DNA from: Candidatus Eiseniibacteriota bacterium
GTDB lineage: Bacteria; Eisenbacteria; RBG-16-71-46
NCBI GenBank assembly: GCA_963717505.1
Contig: OY970342.1
Location: 1,600,001-1,664,000 of the forward strand
Direction of reading: 5' to 3'
DNA: 64,000 nucleotides
The notes under the pieces are model-generated. The model made no database searches. It had not been told where the DNA came from and saw only the letters and a program-made list of their open reading frames with translations. Positions within the stretch are counted from its first letter, which is position 1. The number at the start of each line of letters is the position of its first letter. The translations under genes were made by a program, and so were the position numbers. Shown piece after piece: positions 10,624 to 21,027 of this stretch.

Positions 10624-12543
10624 GTGTCTGCCGGTGTTCGATTTGCGATTCTGCTGTTGCTCGTTGCCGCCGTCGCCCACGGCGACGACGCGGTCGTGAA
10701 CCCGCGAGCGGTGACGCTGGTCGATCGCTACCTCGAAGGCACCGGTGGGTTCGAAACCTTCGAGGCGCAACCGGACCTCCACGTGCGCGGTCGTATCCGG
10801 TCGATGGGCATGACCGGGACCTTCGAGCAATGGACGCGCCGGCCCGACCGGCTTCTACAGAAGATCCACGTTGGCCCGCTGCGCATCCGGCGTGGTTTCG
10901 ACGGAGTGGTGGGCTGGGAGACCGACCTCAACTCGAAGAAGGTCCGGATCCTGGACGGCAAGGATCTCGAGGCGATTCGCTCCGAAGCCTGGTTCGAGAA
11001 CGAAGCGTGGGCCATGGAGGACTACGGCGGCGGCACGCTGACTCCCGGCGGAACGTCTTTCCGCCACGGCCGCCGGTTCCGCTCCCTCGACATCGCTCCG
11101 CCCGTCGGGCCCTCGCGGCAGCTGTGGTTCGACGACGAAACCGGCCGCATCGACCGGATCGTCAGTCGTCGCGATCAGCACGAGTGGAAGCAGTGGGCGA
11201 TCGGCACAATCGAGGCCCGCGGGCGCACCCACTACCGCACGCTGACCTCCGAGGCGCCGCCGGCGGACGACGGACGGCGCGCCGGCCGCGACCCCGAGCG
11301 CGAGCGGTGGGAGGAGCGGATCGATCTGGATTCGATGTGGGTCCACCGGCCGGTTCCCGATTCGATCTTTTCGCCGCCCGGGCTTCGCGCGAATCGAGTG
11401 GCCTGGAGAAAGGCGTCGGGCCGGATCGACGTGCCGTTCCGCTACGGGACGCGCCACGTGTGGATCAAGGCCTCGATCAATGGCGCCCCGCCCGCCGACT
11501 TCCTGCTCGACACCGGTTGCAGCATCACCGCCATCGATCGGCACTACGCGGATCGTATCGGGCTCAAGGCCGAGGGCACGATGGCGGTCCAGGGTGTCGC
11601 CGGCACTGACGAGGGCTCGTTCGCGCGGATCACCTCGCTGGCCGTGTCGTCGTCCGGAAGTGCGCGCGTCACGGTGCGCGATCTCAAGGTCGGCTTGGTC
11701 GACCTGGGCGAAGGATTCGAAGCCGTGCTCTGGCGGCCGGTCGCCGGGCTGATTGGCTACGACTTCCTCAGCAACTTCGTGGTTCGTATCGACTACGACC
11801 GCGGGATCGTGACCCTGACCGATCCCAAGAAGTTCGCCTACACCGGCGCCGCCGAGCCGATTCCGATTCGCTTGTTCTCCGGGATTCCCACCGTCCAGGT
11901 CACGGTCGACGGCGGTTGCACCGGCGAGTTCGTCGTCGATTGCGGCAACGGCTTCGGGCTCGACGTCCATGCATCGATGGTGCGCCAGTGCCGGTTGCTG
12001 AGTCGGGTTGCGGGACGGCGCCAGGTCGAGGTCTACAGCGGCGGCATCGGCGGGGCCACGATCAACTGGTTCAGCCGGCTCGACAGCGTGCGGATCGGCG
12101 GGCATACGTGGCCCGAGCCGATTGCCGGTCTGACGCTGGGCAGCCGCGGCCTGATCGGCAGCCGCGACTACGCCGGTAACATCGGCAATGGCGTACTCGA
12201 GCGCTTCGTGGTCACGATCGACTACGAGCGCCGACGTCTCTACCTCGAGCCCGGACGCCGGTTCCTGGAGCGCGATCGATTTTCACGGAGTGGTGCGTTC
12301 CTGGTGAAGCTGACCGACCGCGTGCTTGCGGGCCAGATCATCCGCGGCTCTGCCGCCCATCAGGCCGGGCTCAAGCTGCGCGACCTGGTGGTGACCATCG
12401 ACGGGAAACCGGCCTCGAGATTTACTCCCGAGGAGCTGGACCGGATGTTCGTACGCGGCGACGAAGGGTCCACGCACACGCTGGTCATCGAGCGCGACGG
12501 CGAACGGCGCACGCTCGAGCTGAAGCTCAAGGACGTGCTGTAG
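10624..12543 (+). CDS. Secreted aspartyl protease (two retropepsin-like domains) with C-terminal PDZ
   Basis: GGAGG plus GTG at 10624; FLLDTG, GLIGYDFL, FVVDCG, GNIGNGVL; PDZ (SAAHQAGLKLRDLVVTIDG). Confidence 0.85.
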   Translation: MSAGVRFAILLLLVAAVAHGDDAVVNPRAVTLVDRYLEGTGGFETFEAQPDLHVRGRIRSMGMTGTFEQWTRRPDRLLQKIHVGPLRIRRGFDGVVGWETDLNSKKVRILDGKDLEAIRSEAWFENEAWAMEDYGGGTLTPGGTSFRHGRRFRSLDIAPPVGPSRQLWFDDETGRIDRIVSRRDQHEWKQWAIGTIEARGRTHYRTLTSEAPPADDGRRAGRDPERERWEERIDLDSMWVHRPVPDSIFSPPGLRANRVAWRKASGRIDVPFRYGTRHVWIKASINGAPPADFLLDTGCSITAIDRHYADRIGLKAEGTMAVQGVAGTDEGSFARITSLAVSSSGSARVTVRDLKVGLVDLGEGFEAVLWRPVAGLIGYDFLSNFVVRIDYDRGIVTLTDPKKFAYTGAAEPIPIRLFSGIPTVQVTVDGGCTGEFVVDCGNGFGLDVHASMVRQCRLLSRVAGRRQVEVYSGGIGGATINWFSRLDSVRIGGHTWPEPIAGLTLGSRGLIGSRDYAGNIGNGVLERFVVTIDYERRRLYLEPGRRFLERDRFSRSGAFLVKLTDRVLAGQIIRGSAAHQAGLKLRDLVVTIDGKPASRFTPEELDRMFVRGDEGSTHTLVIERDGERRTLELKLKDVL

Positions 12544-12569
12544 AGCGCCTCGCCGTTCGCGCGGGTTCC

Positions 12570-13214
12570 CTAGACCTTGCTGCGGAACTTGATCGTGCAG
12601 CCGAGCGACTTGGTCTCGGCGAGCGGCACCACCTGCCCGGCCACGACCGCGTCGACCGCCTGCTTGAGGTAGGCGTCCTTCACCGCCGCCGGATCCCGCG
12701 GGCTGTCGTCGATCGTGCCGTGATAGACCAGCTTGCCTTCGGCGTCGAACAGGAACGCCTCCGGTGTCCGCGTCGCGCCGAACGCGCGCGCCACGTCCGA
12801 GGTCGCGTCGACCACGTACGGGAACTTGATCCCCAGCTTCTTCGCGCGCTTCTTCATTTCGTCGTAGCCGTCTTCGGCGTTCTTCGACGGGTCATTGGAG
12901 TTGATCGCAATCACGCCGATCCCGGCCTTGTGTGCGGCGTTGCCGACTTCCGAGATCCGCGTCTCCCAGTTCTTCACCCACGGGCAGGCGTTGCAGGTGA
13001 AGACCACGAGGGTTCCCTTCTTGCCCGCGGCCTTGGCGATGGTCAGCGACTTGCCATCGATGCCTTTCATCGCGGCGTCCGCCATCGGCACGGTCGACCC
13101 CAGGACCAGCGCAGCCGGAGCTTCCGAGTCGGCGGGCTTCGCCGACTCCTGCGCGAGAGCGGGCAGGACGAACACCAGCAAGGCGAGCGGAATCATCAGA
13201 CGCATCGAACGCAT
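12570..13214 (-). CDS. Exported AhpC/TSA thioredoxin-fold protein
   Basis: GGAGG RBS; signal peptide; FTCNACPWV, FPYVVD, ATRTPE, GCTIK. Confidence 0.88.
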   Translation of the reverse strand: MRSMRLMIPLALLVFVLPALAQESAKPADSEAPAALVLGSTVPMADAAMKGIDGKSLTIAKAAGKKGTLVVFTCNACPWVKNWETRISEVGNAAHKAGIGVIAINSNDPSKNAEDGYDEMKKRAKKLGIKFPYVVDATSDVARAFGATRTPEAFLFDAEGKLVYHGTIDDSPRDPAAVKDAYLKQAVDAVVAGQVVPLAETKSLGCTIKFRSKV

Positions 13215-13234
13215 GGATCCTCCAGGTTGCGCCG

Positions 13235-13792
13235 CTAACGGGCGGCGGTAGCGCCGTCGAGCACTTCGAGCACGGCGGCTTCGAACTTCGCATAGTCGGC
13301 GCGGCCTTCCCAGAAGCGAGTCTGCTGACCGCGAGCATCGTAGACCAGCGTGGCGGGCAGTGCGCCCGACCACTTCGGGTTGAGTCCGTCGATGAACTCC
13401 ATGTCCTTGCCGGTCTTGAGATAGGTCGGCATGCGCACGTCGTGCTGCGCCAGGAAACGGCGCACGTCCGCGAGTTGGTCGTCGAAGTCGGCGGACACCA
13501 GGATCAATCGCATGCCGCGATCGCGATAGCTGCGCTCGAGCTTCAGGAGATCGGGGAATTCTTCGCGGCAGGGCACGCACCAGGTCGCCCACACATTGAC
13601 CACCGTGACCTTGGCGCCCGGCGACTGCGCGACGGCGACCACGTCCTCGGCCGAGGCGGGAATGATCTCGAGCGAGTCGGCGGCCAACTCCGCCGCGTTA
13701 CGCGCCGGCTCGGGCGAGCCTCCGGTGCGCGAGACCGGGGTGGAGCAGCCCGACACGATCGCAGCGATCAGTACCAGCAGGGCGGGGCGCAT
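13235..13792 (-). CDS. TlpA/ResA family disulfide reductase lipoprotein
   Basis: Lipobox VSGC; NVWATWCVPCREEFP; GALPAT. Confidence 0.9.
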   Translation of the reverse strand: MRPALLVLIAAIVSGCSTPVSRTGGSPEPARNAAELAADSLEIIPASAEDVVAVAQSPGAKVTVVNVWATWCVPCREEFPDLLKLERSYRDRGMRLILVSADFDDQLADVRRFLAQHDVRMPTYLKTGKDMEFIDGLNPKWSGALPATLVYDARGQQTRFWEGRADYAKFEAAVLEVLDGATAAR

Positions 13793-14007
13793 GAGGCGGG
13801 GAGCATGCCCGCTCGCGGAACGGCGTTTGTTCGGCGGTCGTCAACGATCCGCCACGACACGACCGGCGCACGGTCCGGGCGGACGAGTGCCGCCGCGGGG
13901 GCTCGTGGAGATCGTTCGAGGGATGGCCGATATCCGCGGGGTCCATGACTCCCGCCCGCCGCGGAGCGGCTGCCGAACGGTGGGCCGGGGCACCCCAAGG
14001 AGGCCCC

Positions 14008-14400
14008 ATGTACCTCAATGCCTTCCGGATTCGCGTCGCACTGATCGGCGCCGGGATCGTGACGACGTTGATCTACCTCGCGATGGGCGGGCGTTTCGGC
14101 CCCGGAAACAAGGGAGCGATCCAGATCGAGTACGGCATGTACCCGGACGAGTTCCAGGGCGCCGAGGTCGTGATCGACGGCGCCGTCGCCGGCATGCTCA
14201 AACCGTTCGGCAGCGCGACCCGCACGGGGTTCGAAGTCGAACAGGGCGAGCACGTCGTGACCATCCGTCACCCCAGATTCGACTCACGCGAGCGCAGAGT
14301 CGAGATCAAACCCGGCCGGGGCGTGCTGCTGATCCTCAACATCGGCAGCGATCTGAGCGCAAGCGGGCAGGAACGGCCGACGATCACCTTCGACGGCTGA
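14008..14400 (+). CDS. PEGA-like domain membrane protein
   Basis: AAGGAGG RBS; N-terminal TM; GAEVVIDG...GEHVVTIRHP. Confidence 0.7.
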   Translation: MYLNAFRIRVALIGAGIVTTLIYLAMGGRFGPGNKGAIQIEYGMYPDEFQGAEVVIDGAVAGMLKPFGSATRTGFEVEQGEHVVTIRHPRFDSRERRVEIKPGRGVLLILNIGSDLSASGQERPTITFDG

Positions 14401-14423
14401 TCGTCTCTCCGGCTACGCCGAAC

Positions 14424-15986
14424 TCACGACGACCGGGTATCGCGCCGGCCGGCCGATTCCATTCCGGCGCCGGCATCGAGCCCGTAGAGCGCGCCGAACT
14501 TGCCGGTCAGGTACTTCATGTACGGTTCGATCGTCATCGGCGATCCCGCGACCCGCTCGACCAGCTCGTTGGCCGTGAACTTGGAGCCGTGCTGGTAGAT
14601 GTTCTCGCGCAGCCACCCATGGAGCGTCGAGAAGCGGCCACGGCCGATTTCCTCCGGGATCGAAGGGTGCGCCCGGACCGCGGCGTCGAAGAACTGGGCG
14701 CCCAGGATGTTGCCGAGCGTGTAGCCTTGGAACGCGCCGCCGATCGGGCCGGCGTACCAATGCACGTCCTGCAAGACCCCGTCGCGATCGTCGGGCGAGG
14801 CGGTGCCGAGGTCGGCCTGGTAGCGATCGCGCCACGCCTGGGCCAGATCCTTGACCGCGAGCTTGCCCTCGAGCAGCGCCAGCTCGAAGTCGAATCGGAT
14901 CATGACGTGCAGGTTGTAGGTGACTTCGTCGGCGTCGATCCGGATCAGCGAACGATCGACGCGATTGATCGCACGAAAGAAGGCGTCGAACGGAACCTTG
15001 CCGAGCTGGGCGGGGAACGCGGCCTGGAGCTTGGGATAGAAGTGGTTCCAGAAAGCGCGGCTGCGCCCGACCAGGTTCTCCCACAGCCGCGATTGGCTCT
15101 CGTGCACGCCCGATGAAGTTCCATGGGCGAGCGGCGTGCCCTCGAACTCCATCCGAATTCCCTGCTCGTACATGGCGTGACCCGATTCGTGCAGCGTGCT
15201 GAACAGGGCGTTGCACAGGTCTTCGCGAACGCGGGTGGTGATGCGGACGTCGCCGAGCGAGAACTTGGTCATGAACGGGTGGGTGGTGAGATCCTCGCGA
15301 CCGCGATCGAAGTCGTAGCCGAAGGCGCGAATCACCTCGCGGCCGAAGGCGAGCTGCTGCTCGGCCGAGGCGTCCTGGGTCAGGAAACGGTCGTCCGGAG
15401 CCGGGCGGCTCGTGATCTCGCGCACCAGTGGCACCAGGCGCGAACGCAACTCGCCGAACACGGCTTTCACGCTCGAAGCCTTCATGCCGTAGTCGCTGGC
15501 GTCGATCAGCGGATCCGCGATGTGCTCGTACCCGGGGAAGCAGTCGGCGTGACGGCGACTGAGATCCAGCGTCTTCTGCAGTCGCGGCACCATGCCCGCG
15601 AAGTCGTTGGCCGGTCGCGCGGCGAGCCAGGCTTGATACGTGTCGGAGAAGTGCTGGTTCATCTCCGAAACCAGGTCGGCGGGCACTTTGACGGCTCGGT
15701 CGTACTCGCGACGAGACACGCGCACCAGGGCGGCATCATCGGAGTCGTACGGCTGTTGGGCGGCCCAGGGCTCGAGTGCGTCGAGCAGTCGTCCGACCTC
15801 GGGATCCGTGAGCCGCTCGTGCGCGAGCCGGCTGAGCAGCGCCATCTGGCGACCCCGCGCCTCGGCGCCGCCCGGGGGCATATAGGTCGTCTGATCCCAG
15901 CTGAGGAGCGAGTTCGCCATGTACAGATCGTAGATCACGCCGAGATGGTTCTTGAGTGCGTCGAGCTTGGCCTTCATCGCATTCAC
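14424..15986 (-). CDS. M32 family carboxypeptidase (Taq-type)
   Basis: HPF, DVRITTR, HESGHAMYEQG, HESQSR, IRIDADE, GVLQDVHW. Confidence 0.95.
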   Translation of the reverse strand: MNAMKAKLDALKNHLGVIYDLYMANSLLSWDQTTYMPPGGAEARGRQMALLSRLAHERLTDPEVGRLLDALEPWAAQQPYDSDDAALVRVSRREYDRAVKVPADLVSEMNQHFSDTYQAWLAARPANDFAGMVPRLQKTLDLSRRHADCFPGYEHIADPLIDASDYGMKASSVKAVFGELRSRLVPLVREITSRPAPDDRFLTQDASAEQQLAFGREVIRAFGYDFDRGREDLTTHPFMTKFSLGDVRITTRVREDLCNALFSTLHESGHAMYEQGIRMEFEGTPLAHGTSSGVHESQSRLWENLVGRSRAFWNHFYPKLQAAFPAQLGKVPFDAFFRAINRVDRSLIRIDADEVTYNLHVMIRFDFELALLEGKLAVKDLAQAWRDRYQADLGTASPDDRDGVLQDVHWYAGPIGGAFQGYTLGNILGAQFFDAAVRAHPSIPEEIGRGRFSTLHGWLRENIYQHGSKFTANELVERVAGSPMTIEPYMKYLTGKFGALYGLDAGAGMESAGRRDTRSS

Positions 15987-15996
15987 CTCCTGGGGC

Positions 15997-18900
15997 TCAA
16001 CCGCCGATCGTGGTCGTCACCGTCTTGAATCGGGACGGCGGCGGGCCCTTCAGGTCCTCGCGGAAGACCTCGATCCGCACCGTCTTCTTCTTGCGCTCCA
16101 GCCAATCTTCCATGTTCTGCGCGAGCAGCTCGCGCGACACCTGCTCGCGGTCGACCTCGTACGTCGCGCCATCCATCGATTTGCGTTCCTCGACCCGGAT
16201 CCACGTCACGCCGTTGGTGATCCTGAGCGAATCGCTGGTCTCGCCCACTTTGAGGGCAAAGGCCTTGTCGAGCACGCGGGGCTCGGCGCCGAGCTGAGGG
16301 ACGAATCCACCCTGGCGGCCGAGCAAACCGCTCTCCCGGACGCCGCCGTAGCCGGCGGCCACCGAGTCGAGCGAGGCGCCGGCCTGGAGCTGGCGGCGCA
16401 CCGCGGCCGCGCGCGCGGCGACGATATCGAGCTTCTTCGCGTTCTTCATGTCGTCGACCGCCTGGCGCCGCACCTCGGGAAACTCGGCGCGGCCCGGCGG
16501 CTTGCGCTCGGTGACGCGCACCAGAATCCACGAGTTCGATCCCCGGTACGGCTTCGCCGCCCACGCGCCGACCGCGAGTCCCTCCAGATCCTTGCCGAGA
16601 TCCTGGACGTTGCCCAGCCGCGGAATCGGCTCGTTGGCGGCGACCGGGCCTGCGGTCTTGACGCCGCCGACCGCGGAAGCGGCAACCGCCGCACCCGCCT
16701 TCGGGATGCGCCGCCGGATCGCCTCGGCGCTCTGTCGGGCGAGCGAGTCGCCTTTGGTCCGCGCCAGCTCGTTTCGGATCTCGAGGCGCACCTCCTCGAA
16801 CGCGCGTACCCCGGCTTCCTTCCGCTCGTCGACCCGAATGATGTGGTATCCGAAGCGAGTCTGGACCGGCTGGCTGATGGCGCCGACCTTGAGCGCGAAC
16901 GACGTGTCGGAGAACTCCGGGACCATGCGCCCCCGGGCGAAGAAGCCGAGGTCGCCGCCCTGGACCGCCGAGCCCGGATCGTCGGATCGCGTGCGTGCGA
17001 GCTCTTCGAAGTTGGCGCCGGCCAGGATCGCGGCCCGGATCGAGTCGGCGCGCGCCCGCGCGGCCTCCGGGCTCAGTCCGCCCCGAGTCGACACGAGGAT
17101 GTGACGGGCGCGGACCTCCTCTTCCTGACGGTAGCGATCCGCGGCATGGGCCTCGTAGAACTGCCGCAGATCCTGGTCGGAGATCGCGACCGAATCGGGT
17201 GGAGGGATCGGCACTTGCACGTATTCGAGCGCGAACTTCTTCGGGGTCGGGTACTGGGCTCGATGGGCGTCGAAGTAGACGCGGGCCTCTTCGTCTTCCT
17301 GAATGCGGCGGGCTTCGCTGAATCCGCGCTCGACCCGGCTGCGCGCATCCTCGAACGAGGGCGTGAAGGCCGTGTCGACCGCGTCCACACGCCACAGCAC
17401 CAGGCGCGTGCCCATGGGCCGCGGCCCTTGGAAGACGCCATGGGGCTGCCGGTCGGTCAGGATCGAGTCGACCAGCGACAGCGGAAACATGGAATCGGGC
17501 GGCGCTTCGCGCGACAGGGTCAGTGTGTCGAACCCGGCGTGCGCGCTGCGCGCCACCTGCGCCGGATCTCGACCGCGCCCCAGGTCCTGGCTCATCCGTT
17601 CGATCGTGGTCGCCAATTTAGCCGCGCGATCGTCCTCCTCGAGCCGCGCCCCGACCACCGCCCGCAACGAGTCGTCGATCTTCGGTGGTGCGGCGGCGCG
17701 CACGCTGTCGCCCGCCGCCTGGAACAGGCTCGCAGCGTTCTTCCGGTACCACGAGTCGATGGTGCGGCGCGACGGACTCTTGACCGCCACCTCACTCGGA
17801 TCGAGATGGATCCGGGTGGTCTGGGCCCGCGCCGTCTTCAGCTCACCCAGGTGCTCGTCGTACCACGCGCGCTTGTCGGCTTCGAGCTGGACCCGCTGTT
17901 TTTCGACGTCGGCCCGGCGTTTGACGTCGGCCCGGATCTCTTCGATCGGCGGCACACGGCGCGGTTCGCGTGCCGCGATCACGCCGACCACCACGCCGAG
18001 GGGGGTGACCCCGGGCCCCAGGACCCGTCGTGACGTGTCTCGCTCGGAGGCCTCGAGATCCTCGATCAGGTCCGGTGAGTTGCCGAGCCCCGGAATCATG
18101 GTCGCCGGCAGGTCGAACCATCCGGTCTCGACCGCGCCCCCGAGCGGGGCCGCCACCGAATCGATCGCAATACCGCGGCGCAGCGTGTCCGCGAGGCTGC
18201 GGCCGCGCGACATCAGCCGGCGCTCCTCGCTCGCCCGCAGCGAGTCGTCTTCGCCGGGTAAGGCGAGGCGGAGGTACCGGACGTTCGCCCGCGGCTTGCG
18301 CTCGAACTGCTCCGGATGCTCGCGATAGTAGGTGAGCTGTTCGTCGGCGGTGGCCTCGGGCTCGAGCGTGACTTCGCGCGTGGTCAGCGGCAGGAACGAG
18401 AAACGGACCTGTTCCTTGCGCTTCGACCACTCCTCGCGCACCGCCTTCGGTCCGGGGGCGAGCCGCGCGAGCAGCTGGCGTTCGTACTTGTCGGCCGCAG
18501 CCGCCTCGCGGACACGCGGCAGGATCGCCAGGTAGTTCGACTGCGGACTGCGCTTGAACTGTTCGAGCTTGGCCGGGTCGAACTTGCCGTTGGTGTAGAA
18601 GAACGGATCGGTCGCCAGGATCGCGTCGGTGTCCTTTTCAGTGACTTCCAGGTTCAGCTTGCGCGCCTCGAGCGTCATGAGTTCGCGCCGGATCAGCTCG
18701 TTGAACACGTTGTACTCAGCGTATTTTCGCAGATGCTCGTCCTTGAGTCCGTCGCCGAGTTGCTCCTGGAGGCGCGCGAAGTAGGGGCCGGCGATGCGAT
18801 CGTAGTCGCGCTGGGTGATCGGACGACCCTCGACGCGGGCAATGATCGGCGAATCGCTGGCCGGCGGTGGCGGCGGCGTCGACCGCGGCGGAGTCGTGGC

Positions 18901-19119
18901 GCCCGGCGCTCCGGGCACCGGCGCTCCCGGCACGGAGCCGGGGGGGGTCGCCGGCGGCGTGGGATTGGCCCACGGGCGCGCGGGATCGGGCTTCTGCTGA
19001 GCCGCGGCCGGACCCGAGGCCACGAGGATCATGGCCGCGGCCGCGGCAAAGCGGGTCGCGAAGGTGCGAGCCCTGCGGGACCGGAATCGGGGGACGAATG
19101 CGGGATCCAATGCGCCCAT
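15997..19119 (-). CDS. Large SurA/PpiD-like parvulin peptidyl-prolyl isomerase/chaperone
   Basis: IIARVEGRPIT SurA_N; RARHILVS...SDDPGSAVQGGDLGFF...FGYHII parvulin domain; start set at the ATG downstream of a TGCTAGGCT -10 box (uncertain). Confidence 0.85.
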   Translation of the reverse strand: MGALDPAFVPRFRSRRARTFATRFAAAAAMILVASGPAAAQQKPDPARPWANPTPPATPPGSVPGAPVPGAPGATTPPRSTPPPPPASDSPIIARVEGRPITQRDYDRIAGPYFARLQEQLGDGLKDEHLRKYAEYNVFNELIRRELMTLEARKLNLEVTEKDTDAILATDPFFYTNGKFDPAKLEQFKRSPQSNYLAILPRVREAAAADKYERQLLARLAPGPKAVREEWSKRKEQVRFSFLPLTTREVTLEPEATADEQLTYYREHPEQFERKPRANVRYLRLALPGEDDSLRASEERRLMSRGRSLADTLRRGIAIDSVAAPLGGAVETGWFDLPATMIPGLGNSPDLIEDLEASERDTSRRVLGPGVTPLGVVVGVIAAREPRRVPPIEEIRADVKRRADVEKQRVQLEADKRAWYDEHLGELKTARAQTTRIHLDPSEVAVKSPSRRTIDSWYRKNAASLFQAAGDSVRAAAPPKIDDSLRAVVGARLEEDDRAAKLATTIERMSQDLGRGRDPAQVARSAHAGFDTLTLSREAPPDSMFPLSLVDSILTDRQPHGVFQGPRPMGTRLVLWRVDAVDTAFTPSFEDARSRVERGFSEARRIQEDEEARVYFDAHRAQYPTPKKFALEYVQVPIPPPDSVAISDQDLRQFYEAHAADRYRQEEEVRARHILVSTRGGLSPEAARARADSIRAAILAGANFEELARTRSDDPGSAVQGGDLGFFARGRMVPEFSDTSFALKVGAISQPVQTRFGYHIIRVDERKEAGVRAFEEVRLEIRNELARTKGDSLARQSAEAIRRRIPKAGAAVAASAVGGVKTAGPVAANEPIPRLGNVQDLGKDLEGLAVGAWAAKPYRGSNSWILVRVTERKPPGRAEFPEVRRQAVDDMKNAKKLDIVAARAAAVRRQLQAGASLDSVAAGYGGVRESGLLGRQGGFVPQLGAEPRVLDKAFALKVGETSDSLRITNGVTWIRVEERKSMDGATYEVDREQVSRELLAQNMEDWLERKKKTVRIEVFREDLKGPPPSRFKTVTTTIGG

Positions 19120-19153
19120 GGGATGGACCGGGGAGCCTAGCATCGCCGCGCGA

Positions 19154-19975
19154 TCACGTCACCCCGACGACGATCGCGAGCCAGCCGTCCTGGTTCGTGA
19201 ATCTCGTGCGCAGCCGATAGAAGTCGTCGGGCTTGTTGGCGCGCTCGTTCCAGCCGTCGACGTAGACCAGTGTGTCGCGAAATCCGGCTTCGAGCAGGGC
19301 GTCACGGATTTCGGGCACGGTCCACAGCCGCCAGTCGTAGGTGAAAGCCCGGCGCATCCACGTGCCGTCCTTCAGCTGGAAATGGATGTGACACAGGATC
19401 TCGTGGTCGAGTGCGTTGAATCGTTTCTGCTCCCACACGTAGGTGAACGGGGGCACCCGTTCGCCGTCCACGCTGTACGACCCCGGGATGCGCGTGCGCT
19501 CGGAGAGCGTCCCCATGGCGCGGCTGCCCGCAAACGCGGTGACGAAGAACAGGCCTCCGGGGCGCAGGGAGTGCCGCGCGCCGCGGAAGTAGCGCATCAG
19601 GTCGCGACGATGCTTGAACACCCAGAACGAGTAATTGTAGGCGGCGATGACGTCGACCCGCGGACGCGTGACCGATCGGACGTCGGCGCGCACCAGCGTC
19701 AGGCGCCTCGCGCGTTCGCGCATGCGCGCCAGGCGATGCCGGCGCGCCCACGCCAGAGTCGGTCGGTCGAGATCGACGCCCCACGCGCGGTTCTGGGGCC
19801 GGCGCAACACCCACGCCCCGGCCATCTGCGCCGTGCCGCAGAAGTCTTCGCGAAAGTGAACGAAGCGCCGGCCGCGAAGTCGGCGGTAGATGCGCTCCAT
19901 CAGGTCCAGGTCGAAGTCGACGCCCTGGACGGCGGCCTCGTACAGCACGTGTGGATCGGGTCGTCGGGCGGGCAT
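19154..19975 (-). CDS. Class I SAM-dependent methyltransferase
   Basis: LYEAAVQ, REDFCGTA, GVDLD, LRPGGLF, FTYDWRLW. Confidence 0.8.
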   Translation of the reverse strand: MPARRPDPHVLYEAAVQGVDFDLDLMERIYRRLRGRRFVHFREDFCGTAQMAGAWVLRRPQNRAWGVDLDRPTLAWARRHRLARMRERARRLTLVRADVRSVTRPRVDVIAAYNYSFWVFKHRRDLMRYFRGARHSLRPGGLFFVTAFAGSRAMGTLSERTRIPGSYSVDGERVPPFTYVWEQKRFNALDHEILCHIHFQLKDGTWMRRAFTYDWRLWTVPEIRDALLEAGFRDTLVYVDGWNERANKPDDFYRLRTRFTNQDGWLAIVVGVT

Positions 19976-20148
19976 GGCGGGGCAATGTACCCGCGCAAGT
20001 CGCGCTCGGCCAACGCGTGGCCGCCCATGTTCAGTGTTCGCCAAACTCCAGGCACCCGGCACGATTCGCGTCGACAGCGAGCGCACAAGCGGGTATGGTC
20101 TACCGCCGCTCGACCCACCCCGTTTCCTAACTGGAGGAGAAGAAGCAC

Positions 20149-20883
20149 ATGAAGCGATTCTTGATCGCCGCGACGCTGCTCGCTGTGGCGGTTCCCGCGT
20201 TCGCTCAGAAGGAAGAGGCGAAGTCTGCGACGCCGGCCAAGCCGGCGACCGAAAAGGCAGCCGCGACGACCGCGGCCAAGTCGACCCCCTCGATCAAGGA
20301 CAAAGCCGTGCAGGACATCGATGCTCAGATCGCCGCCGCCAAAGTCGACAAGTCCGTGCCGACCTGGAAGACCACGCTGCCCAAGCCCAAGGTCACGACG
20401 TTCGATCCGGAGCACTCCTACTACGTGCTGATGCAGACCAATAAGGGTCCGATCGAGATCCGGCTCCTGCCGAACGTGGCGCCGATGCACGTGACCAGCT
20501 TCATGTACCTGACCAAGCTCGGTTTCTACGACGGCATCATCTTCCACCGGGTCATCAAGAACTTCATGGCCCAGGGCGGCTGTCCGCTGGGAACCGGCAC
20601 CGGTGGCCCCGGCTACCAGTTCGACGGCGAGTACAGCGCCGAGGTCAAGCACACCAAGCCCGGCCTGCTGTCGATGGCCAACGCCGGTCCCGGCACCGAC
20701 GGCAGCCAGTTCTTCCTGACCTTCGTGCCGACGCCGTGGCTCGATGGCAAGCACACGATCTTCGGTGAAGTGACCAAGGGTATGGACGTGGTCAAGAAGC
20801 TCGAGGCGGTGGGCTCGCAGTCCGGCGCCACCAGCGAGTCGCTGAAGATGGAAAAGCTGACGATCGAGGTGCGCGCGTCCTAA
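20149..20883 (+). CDS. Exported cyclophilin-type peptidyl-prolyl isomerase
   Basis: GGAGG RBS; signal peptide; [37 protein letters not shown]. Confidence 0.95.
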   Translation: MKRFLIAATLLAVAVPAFAQKEEAKSATPAKPATEKAAATTAAKSTPSIKDKAVQDIDAQIAAAKVDKSVPTWKTTLPKPKVTTFDPEHSYYVLMQTNKGPIEIRLLPNVAPMHVTSFMYLTKLGFYDGIIFHRVIKNFMAQGGCPLGTGTGGPGYQFDGEYSAEVKHTKPGLLSMANAGPGTDGSQFFLTFVPTPWLDGKHTIFGEVTKGMDVVKKLEAVGSQSGATSESLKMEKLTIEVRAS

Positions 20884-20930
20884 CGCGTCCCCTGACGCGT
20901 CCAAAGACGCCCTCGCTCCTGAAGAACACG

Positions 20931-20964
20931 ACGGCCCCGCGGCAACGCGGGGCCGTTCTGTTTC
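20931..20964 (+). terminator. Rho-independent terminator
   Basis: ACGGCCCCGCG-GCAA-CGCGGGGCCGT perfect stem followed by TCTGTTTC. Confidence 0.75.
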
Positions 20965-21027
20965 GCCGCGGGATTCGGGACGTGGGGGGGGCGCGCTCGT
21001 GAAGCGCGATCGGCCTCGCCTGCGCGG

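Noticed and set aside
18860-18960. Short GGCGCTCC(C)GGCAC repeats
   Set aside because: They encode the Pro/Gly linker (VPGAPVPGAPG) of the PPIase and are not an independent repeat element.
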